DNA of 64,000 nucleotides from an uncultured Actinomycetota bacterium. GTDB taxonomy: Bacteria > Actinomycetota > Actinomycetes > Propionibacteriales > Nocardioidaceae. The notes beneath the pieces were generated by a model, which saw only the letters and a program-made list of their open reading frames with translations, was not told where the DNA came from and did not search any database. Each line of letters starts with the position of its first letter. Position 1 is the stretch's first letter. Below are positions 19,192 through 27,232 of this stretch, piece after piece. The DNA is taken from positions 71,327 through 135,326 of the forward strand of contig CAVVQV010000017.1 in NCBI GenBank assembly GCA_963750495.1, given 5' to 3'. The position numbers and the translations under genes were made by a program.

Positions 19192-19827
19192 ATGCACCTG
19201 CACCTGGTCCGCCATGCACCGCCTCTGATCGACACCGGGGTGCCTGCCTCGAGGTGGCCACTCGACCCGGATCGGCTCGCCGCTCTCGTGCCGCTGAACG
19301 CCAGTGGAGTCCTGCCGATCCACGCAGCGACCTGGTGCAGCTCGATGGAGCCCAAGGCCGTGCAGACCGCTGAGTTGCTGGCCGCAGACGCGAACGTTCA
19401 GCACTTCGCCGAGCTCGGTGAGGCCGTCCGTCCGGCTTGCTGGTCCGAGCGGGCCGCGTTCGAGGCCACCGTCGAGCGGTCGTTCGCGAGGCCGACCGAA
19501 CCCGTGTTGCCGGAATGGGAGGCGCTGGATACTGTCCGCCAGCGCCTCCTTCGAGCCCTCGACGACCGCGTGCTTCCCTTGGCTGCCGGCCGCGGTCATC
19601 ACGACGTGGTGCTGGTGGGCCACGGGACGGCTTGGACGGTCCTCGTCTCGGCGCTCACCACTGCCTCACCGGACATCGACGCCTGGCGGGCGATGGCGAT
19701 GCCGGACCACTGCCAGCTCGAGATCGAGGTCGGCCGAGCGACATCCCGGGCACCAGGCATCTCGCGAGCCCGTGTCCTGAGTCACTGGGGCGACTGGCGA
19801 GCGGTCGGCGACCTCCGTCGCGCGTGA
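19192..19827 (+). CDS. histidine phosphatase family protein
   Basis: LHLVRHA (RHG-type motif) and a second catalytic His in VVLVGHGTAW. Confidence 0.75.
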   Translation: MHLHLVRHAPPLIDTGVPASRWPLDPDRLAALVPLNASGVLPIHAATWCSSMEPKAVQTAELLAADANVQHFAELGEAVRPACWSERAAFEATVERSFARPTEPVLPEWEALDTVRQRLLRALDDRVLPLAAGRGHHDVVLVGHGTAWTVLVSALTTASPDIDAWRAMAMPDHCQLEIEVGRATSRAPGISRARVLSHWGDWRAVGDLRRA

Positions 19828-19842
19828 GAGACTGGCTGAGCC

Positions 19843-21000
19843 ATGTCTGAGTCTGCTCCGACGGCGCCCACTGAGTCCGGGGCGGCCAAGCCGTTGCCCC
19901 TGGTGTTCGACGAACCGCGCCGCGCCAAGAAGCCGCCCCGCCACCTCGCCGACCTCACCTCCGCCGAACGCAAGGAGGCGGTCGAGTCCGCCGGGCTTCC
20001 TGGCTATCGAGCGCGCCAGGTGTCGCATCACTACTTCTCCCGGCTAAGTGACGACCCAGCAGACATGACCGACCTTCCCGCGGACCTGCGCGAACCGCTT
20101 TCGACAGCGCTGCTGCCCGAGCTGATCACCCCGGTCCACACGATGGAGGCCGATCGCGGCACGACCCGCAAGACCCTCTGGCGCCTGCACGACGGCGCCC
20201 TGGTCGAGTCGGTCCTCATGCGCTATCCAGGCCGCGTCACGATGTGCGTCTCGTCGCAGGCCGGGTGCGGAATGGCGTGTCCGTTCTGCGCCACCGGGCA
20301 AGGTGGGCTACAGCGCAACATGAGCACGGGGGAGATCATCGAGCAGGTGCTCGCCGGTGCGCGCTCGTTGGCCCGCGGCGAGGTCCCAGGCGGTCCCGGT
20401 CGTGTCTCCAACGTCGTGTTCATGGGGATGGGCGAACCGATGGCCAACTACAACGCGGTGATCGGATCCGTACGACGGATGACCGATGCCGCACCCGACG
20501 GACTGGGCATGTCAGCGCGCGGCATCACCGTGTCGACGGTCGGACTGGTGCCGCGGATGCTGCAGCTGGCAGACGAGGGCATCCCGGTCACGTTGGCGCT
20601 GTCGCTGCATGCCCCCGATGACGAGCTCCGCAACGAGCTCGTGCCGATCAACACCCGCTGGAGTGTCGGTGAGGCCGTCGACGCCGCCTGGAACTACGCC
20701 CGGGTCACGAAGCGCCGCGTGTCGATCGAGTACGCCATGATCAAGGACATCAACGACCAGGCCTGGCGGGCCGACCTGCTCGGCGACGTGCTGACGTCGT
20801 ACGGCGACTGGGGATGGGTGCACGTGAATCTGATACCGCTCAACCCGACGCCGGGCTCGAAGTGGACCGCCTCCCGTCCGGAGGACGAGCGCGAGTTCGT
20901 CCGACGGCTGGAGGCGAAGGGCGTTCCGACGACGGTACGCGACACGCGAGGTCGCGAGATCGACGGCGCCTGCGGCCAGCTCGCCGCGACGCAGAGCTGA
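19843..21000 (+). CDS. rlmN: 23S rRNA (adenine2503-C2)-methyltransferase RlmN (radical SAM)
   Basis: [19 protein letters not shown] radical-SAM cluster motif, GEPMANY, and C-terminal DGACGQL. Confidence 0.95.
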   Translation: MSESAPTAPTESGAAKPLPLVFDEPRRAKKPPRHLADLTSAERKEAVESAGLPGYRARQVSHHYFSRLSDDPADMTDLPADLREPLSTALLPELITPVHTMEADRGTTRKTLWRLHDGALVESVLMRYPGRVTMCVSSQAGCGMACPFCATGQGGLQRNMSTGEIIEQVLAGARSLARGEVPGGPGRVSNVVFMGMGEPMANYNAVIGSVRRMTDAAPDGLGMSARGITVSTVGLVPRMLQLADEGIPVTLALSLHAPDDELRNELVPINTRWSVGEAVDAAWNYARVTKRRVSIEYAMIKDINDQAWRADLLGDVLTSYGDWGWVHVNLIPLNPTPGSKWTASRPEDEREFVRRLEAKGVPTTVRDTRGREIDGACGQLAATQS

Positions 21001-21004
21001 TGCC

Positions 21005-21601
21005 GTGACCGACTACGACGCCGAGGCTGCCCACTACGACGAGACGCGTGGCGGGCAACCGCGAGCGGACGCGGCGGCACGGGCCATCGGGTCCATGCTC
21101 CCGTCGAGTCGCGCCCTGGTCATCGCGGACGTTGCCGGTGGCACCGGCATCGTCGCCGAGGCTCTCGCAACGCAGGGGCGGCGCGTCATCGTGGTCGACC
21201 TTGCGACGGGCATGTTGCGCCAGGCTGCCCGACGTCTGCCCGGCTACCAGGTTCGCGCGACGGCCCTGGCGCTCCCGATGAGGGACGCCTCGGTCGACGT
21301 CGTGACGTGCATCTGGTTCCTGCACCTGCTGGCGAAGCGCGACGACCTGGGCACTGTGGTCGGCGAGGTGGCGCGCGTGTTGAAGCCCGGCGGCCGGTTC
21401 CTGGCGACGGTGGACAAGGATGCGGCGTGCGGGACCGCCCGGGACCGCCCGACGATGGATCACCGCGACGACGTCGAGACCGCCTGCCAGGACAGCGGGC
21501 TCAGGCACGTCGGCAGTACGGAGTTTGTCGGGCACGGCCAGTGGAGCGGGACGACAGACCCCGTCTACACCCTGGTCGCATTCTCCAGGGGCTACCGCTG
21601 A
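21005..21601 (+). CDS. class I SAM-dependent methyltransferase
   Basis: Motif I VIADVAGGTGIVAE, an acidic residue at the end of beta-2 (VIVVDLA), and motif post-II LKPGGRF. Confidence 0.8.
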   Translation: MTDYDAEAAHYDETRGGQPRADAAARAIGSMLPSSRALVIADVAGGTGIVAEALATQGRRVIVVDLATGMLRQAARRLPGYQVRATALALPMRDASVDVVTCIWFLHLLAKRDDLGTVVGEVARVLKPGGRFLATVDKDAACGTARDRPTMDHRDDVETACQDSGLRHVGSTEFVGHGQWSGTTDPVYTLVAFSRGYR

Positions 21602-21632
21602 CGCTCCCGGACCCTGCGTTCCGGACTGGCCC

Positions 21633-22739
21633 TCACGGACGCAGCCGGCTGGCGACCTCGGTCACGGAGTCGACGAGGTGGACCGCACCCCGCATAGCTC
21701 GTCCCTGAGCCAGCTTCGACAGCAGAGGCCACGCCGGCACCTCGTTCGTCCAGTACTGGATTCCCACCAGCACCATCGGGGTGACAGTCGCCGCGTCGGC
21801 GTAGAAGTTCTCGCACGCGTCCTGGAAGATCTCCTGCACCGTTCCGGCAGCCCCCGGCAGGAAGACGATCCCCGCGCCGCAGTGGCGCAGCAACGTGTCC
21901 TCGCGGAGCGCGTTCTGGAAGTACTTCGCGATCGACGTCGCGAACAGGTTCGGCGGCTCGTGACCGTAGAACCAGGTCGGGATGCCGAAGCTCGGCACGC
22001 CCAATCCATCGGTTTCGACCTTCGCACGGGCTGCGAACGCCGCTCGAGCCCATCGGGTGATGGACGGCCGGAAGTCGGGCACGGCAGCTAACTCCTGCAG
22101 GAGGTCGTCCATCCGGCCTTCGGGTTCCGCCGAGATGTATGCGCCGAGGTTGGCGGCCTCCATCGCGCCTGGCCCCCCACCGGTGACGACGTGGTGCCCG
22201 GCGCGCGCCAGGGCGCGCCCGAGCACGACCGCCTCGCGGTAGGTGGACTCGTCACGACGCAGGTCGTGGCCCCCCATCACGCCGACCGCGCTCGTGTCGA
22301 CGAGCGTCTCTTCGAGCGCGTCATCGATTGCGTGGTCGTGCAGCGCTGCGGCCAATGTATGGGCGACATCGCGTCGATGACCCAGCGACCACGCATAGCA
22401 CTGAGCGTCCGGAGTCGACTCGTAGCGATGCTCCAGCAGCCCGTCGTACAGCTCGACGGGGGAGTAGAGAGACGCTCGGTAGGGATCGAACGGAACGCCG
22501 GCGATCTCGGGGAAGATCAGCGCGCCACCCCGCCGTAGATGCTCGTCGGCGTGGTTGGACACGGTGCACCCGAGAAGCAGCGCCCCCTGCGGGTCCAGCG
22601 CGAGCAACGCATCGGTGCGCTCCGTCAGGTCGACGTCCTGGACACGCCACCCGAGCATCGCGGTAGCGCCCGCCTCGACGAGGCTGTCGAAGTGTGACAG
22701 CGACTCGACCTCGACGATCCGTCCATGCGTACGCGTCAC
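21633..22739 (-). CDS. LOG/TIGR00730-family Rossmann-fold protein with a ~150-aa N-terminal extension
   Basis: GGGPGAMEAAN and PGAAGTVQE, the two LOG-family signature motifs (GGGxGxM, PGGxGTxxE). Confidence 0.8.
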   Translation of the reverse strand: MTRTHGRIVEVESLSHFDSLVEAGATAMLGWRVQDVDLTERTDALLALDPQGALLLGCTVSNHADEHLRRGGALIFPEIAGVPFDPYRASLYSPVELYDGLLEHRYESTPDAQCYAWSLGHRRDVAHTLAAALHDHAIDDALEETLVDTSAVGVMGGHDLRRDESTYREAVVLGRALARAGHHVVTGGGPGAMEAANLGAYISAEPEGRMDDLLQELAAVPDFRPSITRWARAAFAARAKVETDGLGVPSFGIPTWFYGHEPPNLFATSIAKYFQNALREDTLLRHCGAGIVFLPGAAGTVQEIFQDACENFYADAATVTPMVLVGIQYWTNEVPAWPLLSKLAQGRAMRGAVHLVDSVTEVASRLRP

Positions 22740-22761
22740 GCGGTGAGCGTAGCGGCCGACC

Positions 22762-23622
22762 TCACCAGGCCTGGGCGAGCAGCTCGGCCAGCAGCTCGTC
22801 GGCGTCGACCTCGAGTCCGCGCGAGGTGAACCAGGCGCTCACGTTGCGGCAGTCGCGATGGAGCAGGTCGACGCCGTTGTGGTTGCTGACGATGTCGATC
22901 ACTTGAGGTACGTCGATGATCACCACGCGATCGCCCTGCACGAGGATGTTGTACGGCGAGAGGTCGCCATGGGCGAGGTGACGCCGAGCCAGCACCGCCA
23001 TGGCCTCCCGAAGCTGTTCGAAGTACGACTCGACCGTGCTCCTGTCCGGGCGTACCTGGGCCAAGCGGGGGGCTGCGGCGCCGTCGACGTCGATGAACTC
23101 CATCAGGATCTCGGTGCCGTCGATCTGGACGGGGTAGGGGACCGGGATCCCGGCTGACCACATCGACGCCAACGCGGCGAACTCATGACTGGCCCACTCG
23201 CCGGCCTGCACCTGCTTCCCGAACGCCGTACCCCGGGCGGCGGCCCGCGCCTCGCGGCTCTTACGGATCCGGCGGCCTTCGGTGTAGCCCGCGTCGCGAT
23301 GGAACTGACGATGGTGCGTGCTGCGGTAACGCTTGGCGGCCAGCAGGGTGGTGCGGAGCGGGTCGCCGGGCACGCCGCGCTCGAGCAGGAAGACGTCGGC
23401 CTCCTTGCCGGTCTTCAGGACGCCGAGCTCGGTATCGACAGCGCCGTCTTCGGTGACGACCCAGGCCGGACGGGGCTCCGGTCCGTGGGCACCCTTCTCG
23501 ACCGACGACCAGGTCGACCAACGCTGGTCGTCGGAGAGGTCGTCGAGCGGGCGGAACGTCAGGCCGGCGGGCTGTTGCGGGCGTGCCGGGTCGGTGAGCG
23601 ATTCAGATGGGACGACATGCAT
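22762..23622 (-). CDS. RIO-type atypical serine protein kinase
   Basis: LKTGKEADVFLLE (nucleotide-binding loop/Lys), HGDLSPYNILV catalytic loop, IIDVPQ metal-binding loop. ATG 23622 follows GAGGAG. The ORF-track start at 23775 adds 51 Arg/Pro-rich residues. Confidence 0.85.
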   Translation of the reverse strand: MHVVPSESLTDPARPQQPAGLTFRPLDDLSDDQRWSTWSSVEKGAHGPEPRPAWVVTEDGAVDTELGVLKTGKEADVFLLERGVPGDPLRTTLLAAKRYRSTHHRQFHRDAGYTEGRRIRKSREARAAARGTAFGKQVQAGEWASHEFAALASMWSAGIPVPYPVQIDGTEILMEFIDVDGAAAPRLAQVRPDRSTVESYFEQLREAMAVLARRHLAHGDLSPYNILVQGDRVVIIDVPQVIDIVSNHNGVDLLHRDCRNVSAWFTSRGLEVDADELLAELLAQAW

Positions 23623-24051
23623 GGTGGTGGTGACTCCTCGAGCGGGTCGAGGCACCACAGCCGCAATCAGCGGGGGAAGGACCTCGACAGGGAAGGGACG
23701 CGGTAGCGCGACCCCTGGACCGGGGTTGACATCTCGACGCCTCCTTCGCTCGAAGCGGCTGACACGGCCGGACATGGACGCGGTTCGTCCCTACCGGTGT
23801 CGACACCAGGGTGGCAGGGCGGCGGCACCGGGTGCAACGGGTTTTCCGGGCTGCCGCAGACCCGCCGGAGTCCTCGCGGCGAACGCCGCCAATCCTTGCG
23901 GTTGTGTGACGAACTTGTGCAAGAGGCCGCTGACCCCTTGCGTCCTGTTCCTGTAAAGCGCATCCTTCTCGGTGCAAGGACCAGTGCAGACGCGACCGGG
24001 CCCGGGAGGCAGCCAGGTCGCAACCGTCCGAACCAGGAGGTTCACGCGTCA

Positions 24052-24113
24052 CCCCGCCCACGTGCGGGGCCACTGGGAGATGGCTTTCCATCTCATCCTT
24101 GCCAAGGAAGGTA
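24052..24113 (+). promoter_or_regulatory. structured 5-prime leader just upstream of the DUF4331 gene (two hairpins plus possible SD occlusion)
   Basis: Hairpin CCCCGC-n6-GCGGGG at 24052-24069. Perfect 7-bp hairpin GAGATGG-cttt-CCATCTC at 24077-24094. TCCTT-gcc-AAGGA (24097-24109) pairs the AAGGA Shine-Dalgarno that precedes ATG 24120. Confidence 0.3.
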
Positions 24114-24119
24114 CGAAGC

Positions 24120-25727
24120 ATGACTTCGTTGCTGCGTCATCGCCGAACCCGGGCGGCCATCGCCGCCTTCGCCTCATCCGCTCTCGCACTCGGAACGGCC
24201 GCTGTTCTCTTGGGCGCCGAGTCGGGCACCGCGTCCAGCCACCGCGAGGCTCCACTGCTGCTGTCCGACCCACAGGTCGACAACACCGACGTCTACGCGT
24301 TCGTGAGCCCGGACCGCCAAGGGACTGTCACCCTCCTGGCGAACTGGATCCCGTTCGAAGATCCGGCCGGGGGCCCGAACTTCTACCCGTTCGCCACCCA
24401 GGACGGAGCCCGCTACAACATCAACATCGACAACAACGGTGATGCCAAGCCAGACCTCACCTACCGCTGGACGTTCCGCTCCAGCTACCGCAACACGAAC
24501 ACGTTCCTCTACAACACCGGTCAGGTCACGAGCCTCGGCGACAAGGACCTCAACTTCCGCCAGCACTACACGCTGACCAAGATCAACTGGAACAAGGGCA
24601 GGCACGGCTACTCCAAGACGTTGATCAAGAGCGGCCGGGTCGCGCCGTCGAACGTGGGCGCTGCGTCGATGCCGGATTACACGTCCTTGAGCGACGCGGC
24701 CGTCACGCACTTCGGTAGCGGCAACCGTCGCACGTTCGCCGGCCAGGCCGACGACCCGTTCTTCCTCGACCTGCGCGTGTTCGACCTGCTGTACGGCGCG
24801 GACCTGAGCGAGACCGGTAACGACACCCTGTCGGGGTACAACGTCAACACGATCGCGCTGCAGGTGCCCAAGGGCGACCTGACGCACGGCAACGACCCGA
24901 CGATCGGCATCTGGAGCACGACGGACCGTCGCAGCGTCAAGGTGACGAACCCCGGCAGCCAGTCGTACAAGGGCAAGTTCGTCCAGGTCTCTCGACTCGG
25001 CAACCCGCTCGTGAACGAGGTCGTGATCCCGGTTGGGCTCAAGGACGCGTTCAACTCGCTGAAGCCGCAGGACGACGCGAGTGTCAAGCCTGCAGTTAAC
25101 AAGGTGCTTCGTCCCGAGGTGCCCAAGCTGATCGAGTCCATTTACGGCATCAAGGCGCCCAAGGAGCCGCGCGACGACCTGTTCAGTGTCTTCCTGACCG
25201 GCGTCAAGGGGCTGAACATGCCGAAGGGCAAGGTGCAGCCGGCCGAGCTGTTGCGGCTGAACACGTCGATCAAGCCCAGTGCGAAGCCGGACCGCCTCGG
25301 CGTGCTCGGTGGCGACACGGCGGGCTTCCCGAACGGCCGACGGCTTGCTGACGACGTCGTGGACATCGAGCTGCAGGCGCTCGAGGGCGCTGTCCGCACC
25401 GGGACCCTGGTCCCCGGGCTGACCGACGCGGTCGACGCCAACGACCTGCCGTTCAGGCAGCACTTCCCCTACGTCGCGGTCGCGCACTCCGGCTCCGCCA
25501 CGACTCCGGGAACGCCTAAGGCGGGGACGAGCCAATCGGCGTACACGGCGGCACCGGACCGTGCACAGCTGGCTGGCTCGACGCAGGTGGCACCGGTGAC
25601 GACCTCAGCGTCGTCGTCAGAGGCTCCGCTGGCGCTCATCGTCGCCACGCTGGGTCTCGGCCTGGGCGGGCTCGGCGTGGTTCTGGTTCGCCAGGGCCGC
25701 CGCCGCAGCGTACTCCGCACCGGCTGA
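24120..25727 (+). CDS. DUF4331 domain-containing secreted protein with a C-terminal membrane anchor
   Basis: Signal peptide, then SSHREAPLLLSDPQVDNTDVYAFVSPD...NWIPFEDPAGGPNFYPF, the conserved DUF4331 N-terminus. C-terminal LALIVATLGLGLGGLGVVLVRQGRRR. ATG 24120 follows AAGGAAGG. Confidence 0.85.
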   Translation: MTSLLRHRRTRAAIAAFASSALALGTAAVLLGAESGTASSHREAPLLLSDPQVDNTDVYAFVSPDRQGTVTLLANWIPFEDPAGGPNFYPFATQDGARYNINIDNNGDAKPDLTYRWTFRSSYRNTNTFLYNTGQVTSLGDKDLNFRQHYTLTKINWNKGRHGYSKTLIKSGRVAPSNVGAASMPDYTSLSDAAVTHFGSGNRRTFAGQADDPFFLDLRVFDLLYGADLSETGNDTLSGYNVNTIALQVPKGDLTHGNDPTIGIWSTTDRRSVKVTNPGSQSYKGKFVQVSRLGNPLVNEVVIPVGLKDAFNSLKPQDDASVKPAVNKVLRPEVPKLIESIYGIKAPKEPRDDLFSVFLTGVKGLNMPKGKVQPAELLRLNTSIKPSAKPDRLGVLGGDTAGFPNGRRLADDVVDIELQALEGAVRTGTLVPGLTDAVDANDLPFRQHFPYVAVAHSGSATTPGTPKAGTSQSAYTAAPDRAQLAGSTQVAPVTTSASSSEAPLALIVATLGLGLGGLGVVLVRQGRRRSVLRTG

Positions 25728-25733
25728 TGGAAC

Positions 25734-25773
25734 CCGACGGTGCGGCTTGTTCCCTGAGCGGCCGCACCGTCGG
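25734..25773 (+). terminator. GC-rich stem-loop after the DUF4331 gene (no U tract)
   Basis: CCGACGGTGCGGC-n14-GCCGCACCGTCGG, a 13-bp perfect stem starting 7 nt after TGA 25725-25727. Confidence 0.45.
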
Positions 25774-25824
25774 CCCGTCGACCGTGGTGCCGGGCCCATC
25801 CCCCGGGACCACGGCCTGGCCCTA

Positions 25825-25866
25825 CCCATCCCCGCAGTCCCATCCCCGCAGTCCCATCCCCGCAGG
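25825..25866 (+). repeat. 14-bp tandem repeat x3 (CCCATCCCCGCAGT)
   Basis: Three head-to-tail copies in the DUF4331-TPR intergenic region. The last copy ends in G. Confidence 0.9.
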
Positions 25867-25899
25867 CCGTCGTCTCGCTGGTGACTCGAAAGGCTCGTC

Positions 25900-27231
25900 A
25901 TGACAGGAACCCGGTTCCTCCGGCTCGGTCTCGCGGCCGTGTCCCTGAGCGTGCTGCTGGTCCTCGTGTCGGCGGTGCTCTTCACGCGATCCGACTCAGC
26001 CACCCCCCAACCGCTCGGCCGGGCACCGGTCGCCGCATCAGAACTCGCCACGTCCGGCGACCTGTCCGCCACGATCGCGTCACTGCAGTCGAGGCTGCAA
26101 CGGTTGCCATCGGACTCCGAGTCGTGGGCGGCGCTCGGTGCTGCCTATGTGCAACAGGCCCGGATCACCGGCGATCCGAGCTACTACCCCAAGGCTGCCG
26201 GGGTACTGGCCCGCTCGCTGAAGGAGTCGCCGACCGACAACGCGGCCGCGCTGACCGGCGAGGCCGCGCTGGCGGCAGCCCGGCATGACTTCCAGGGTGC
26301 CTATGGGCTCACCTCGAAGGCCATGGACATCAACGCCTTCAACTCGTCGACGATGGCCATCCAGTTCGACGCGCTCATCGAGCTCGGACGCTATGACGAT
26401 GCGCTTCGGGCGCTGAAGAGGTACGCCGGTCTGAAGCCCGGGGTACCGGTGTACACCCGGATCTCGTACAACTACGAGCTTCACGGAAACGTCCGGGGGG
26501 CGACGTACGCCATGCGGCGCGCGCTCGACATCGCGTACTCGCCCGACGACCGCGCTTTCGCGCTGTTCGAGCTCGGCGAGCTGGCATGGAATGCCGGCCG
26601 GCTCGAGAAGGCGTCGTCGCTGTACGGACAAGGGTGGCGCACGGACCCCAGCTACGTCGCCAACCTGTACGGGCTCGCGAAGACCGATGCGGGACTGGGC
26701 CGGGCAGACCGCGCGGTCCGCCGGTATCAGGACGTGATCAACCGGCTGCCGCAGCCCGCGTACATCATCGAGTACGCCGACCTGCTCACCTCACTGGGTC
26801 GTACCGACGAGGCGGCGACACAAGGCCGCTTGATCGATGCCCAGCAGCGGATCTTCCGGGCTGCTGGGGTCAATCTCGACCTGGAGCTCGCGCTCTACGA
26901 CGCGTCGCACGGAAGACCTGCACGCGCCTTGGAGCAGGCCCGGCAGGCCTGGCACGAACGCAAGAGCATCTTCGTCGAGGATGCCTACGCCTGGGCGCTG
27001 CACGTCAACGGTCGTGACCGTGCTGCCCTCCGTCATCTGGACTCCGCCGAGCGGCTCGGCACTCGAAGCGCACTGTTCGCGTTCCACCGCGGGATGGTCG
27101 AACGCTCGCTGGGCCATCGCGTCGAGGCGATCTCGTCCCTGCGCAAGGCGCTCGCGATCAACCCGGCGTTCAACCCGATCTTCGCGACGCAGGCTCGGCA
27201 GGCGATGCAGGCCATGGAGCGGGGGAACTGA
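25900..27231 (+). CDS. tetratricopeptide-repeat protein with an N-terminal membrane anchor
   Basis: N-terminal TM segment (LRLGLAAVSLSVLLVLVSAVLF), then repeated Ala/Tyr/Leu-rich 34-residue TPR-like helices along the whole length. Confidence 0.8.
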   Translation: MTGTRFLRLGLAAVSLSVLLVLVSAVLFTRSDSATPQPLGRAPVAASELATSGDLSATIASLQSRLQRLPSDSESWAALGAAYVQQARITGDPSYYPKAAGVLARSLKESPTDNAAALTGEAALAAARHDFQGAYGLTSKAMDINAFNSSTMAIQFDALIELGRYDDALRALKRYAGLKPGVPVYTRISYNYELHGNVRGATYAMRRALDIAYSPDDRAFALFELGELAWNAGRLEKASSLYGQGWRTDPSYVANLYGLAKTDAGLGRADRAVRRYQDVINRLPQPAYIIEYADLLTSLGRTDEAATQGRLIDAQQRIFRAAGVNLDLELALYDASHGRPARALEQARQAWHERKSIFVEDAYAWALHVNGRDRAALRHLDSAERLGTRSALFAFHRGMVERSLGHRVEAISSLRKALAINPAFNPIFATQARQAMQAMERGN

Positions 27232-27232
27232 G

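Noticed and set aside
23800-24119. Cobalamin or NiCo riboswitch in the leader of the DUF4331/NicO module. Strings such as GGTGCAACGGG, AGCCAGG and GCCACTGG recalled B12-element pieces.
   Set aside because: The pieces are in the wrong order relative to the B12 consensus, and the B12 box itself is not present. I cannot reconstruct the NiCo four-way junction by eye. This needs cmsearch, so no riboswitch is claimed.
26837-27232. The long N-terminal extensions offered by the ORF track: 26837 for NicO, 32283 for dhaM, 37699 for the ABC ATPase, 51954 for the permease, 31886 for dhaL, 45585 and 59887/61215 for the transaminases.
   Set aside because: The extensions overlap the preceding, well-supported gene in another frame and have junk composition. 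Internal starts with SD-like sequences or stop/start coupling give proteins that begin at the conserved family N-termini.
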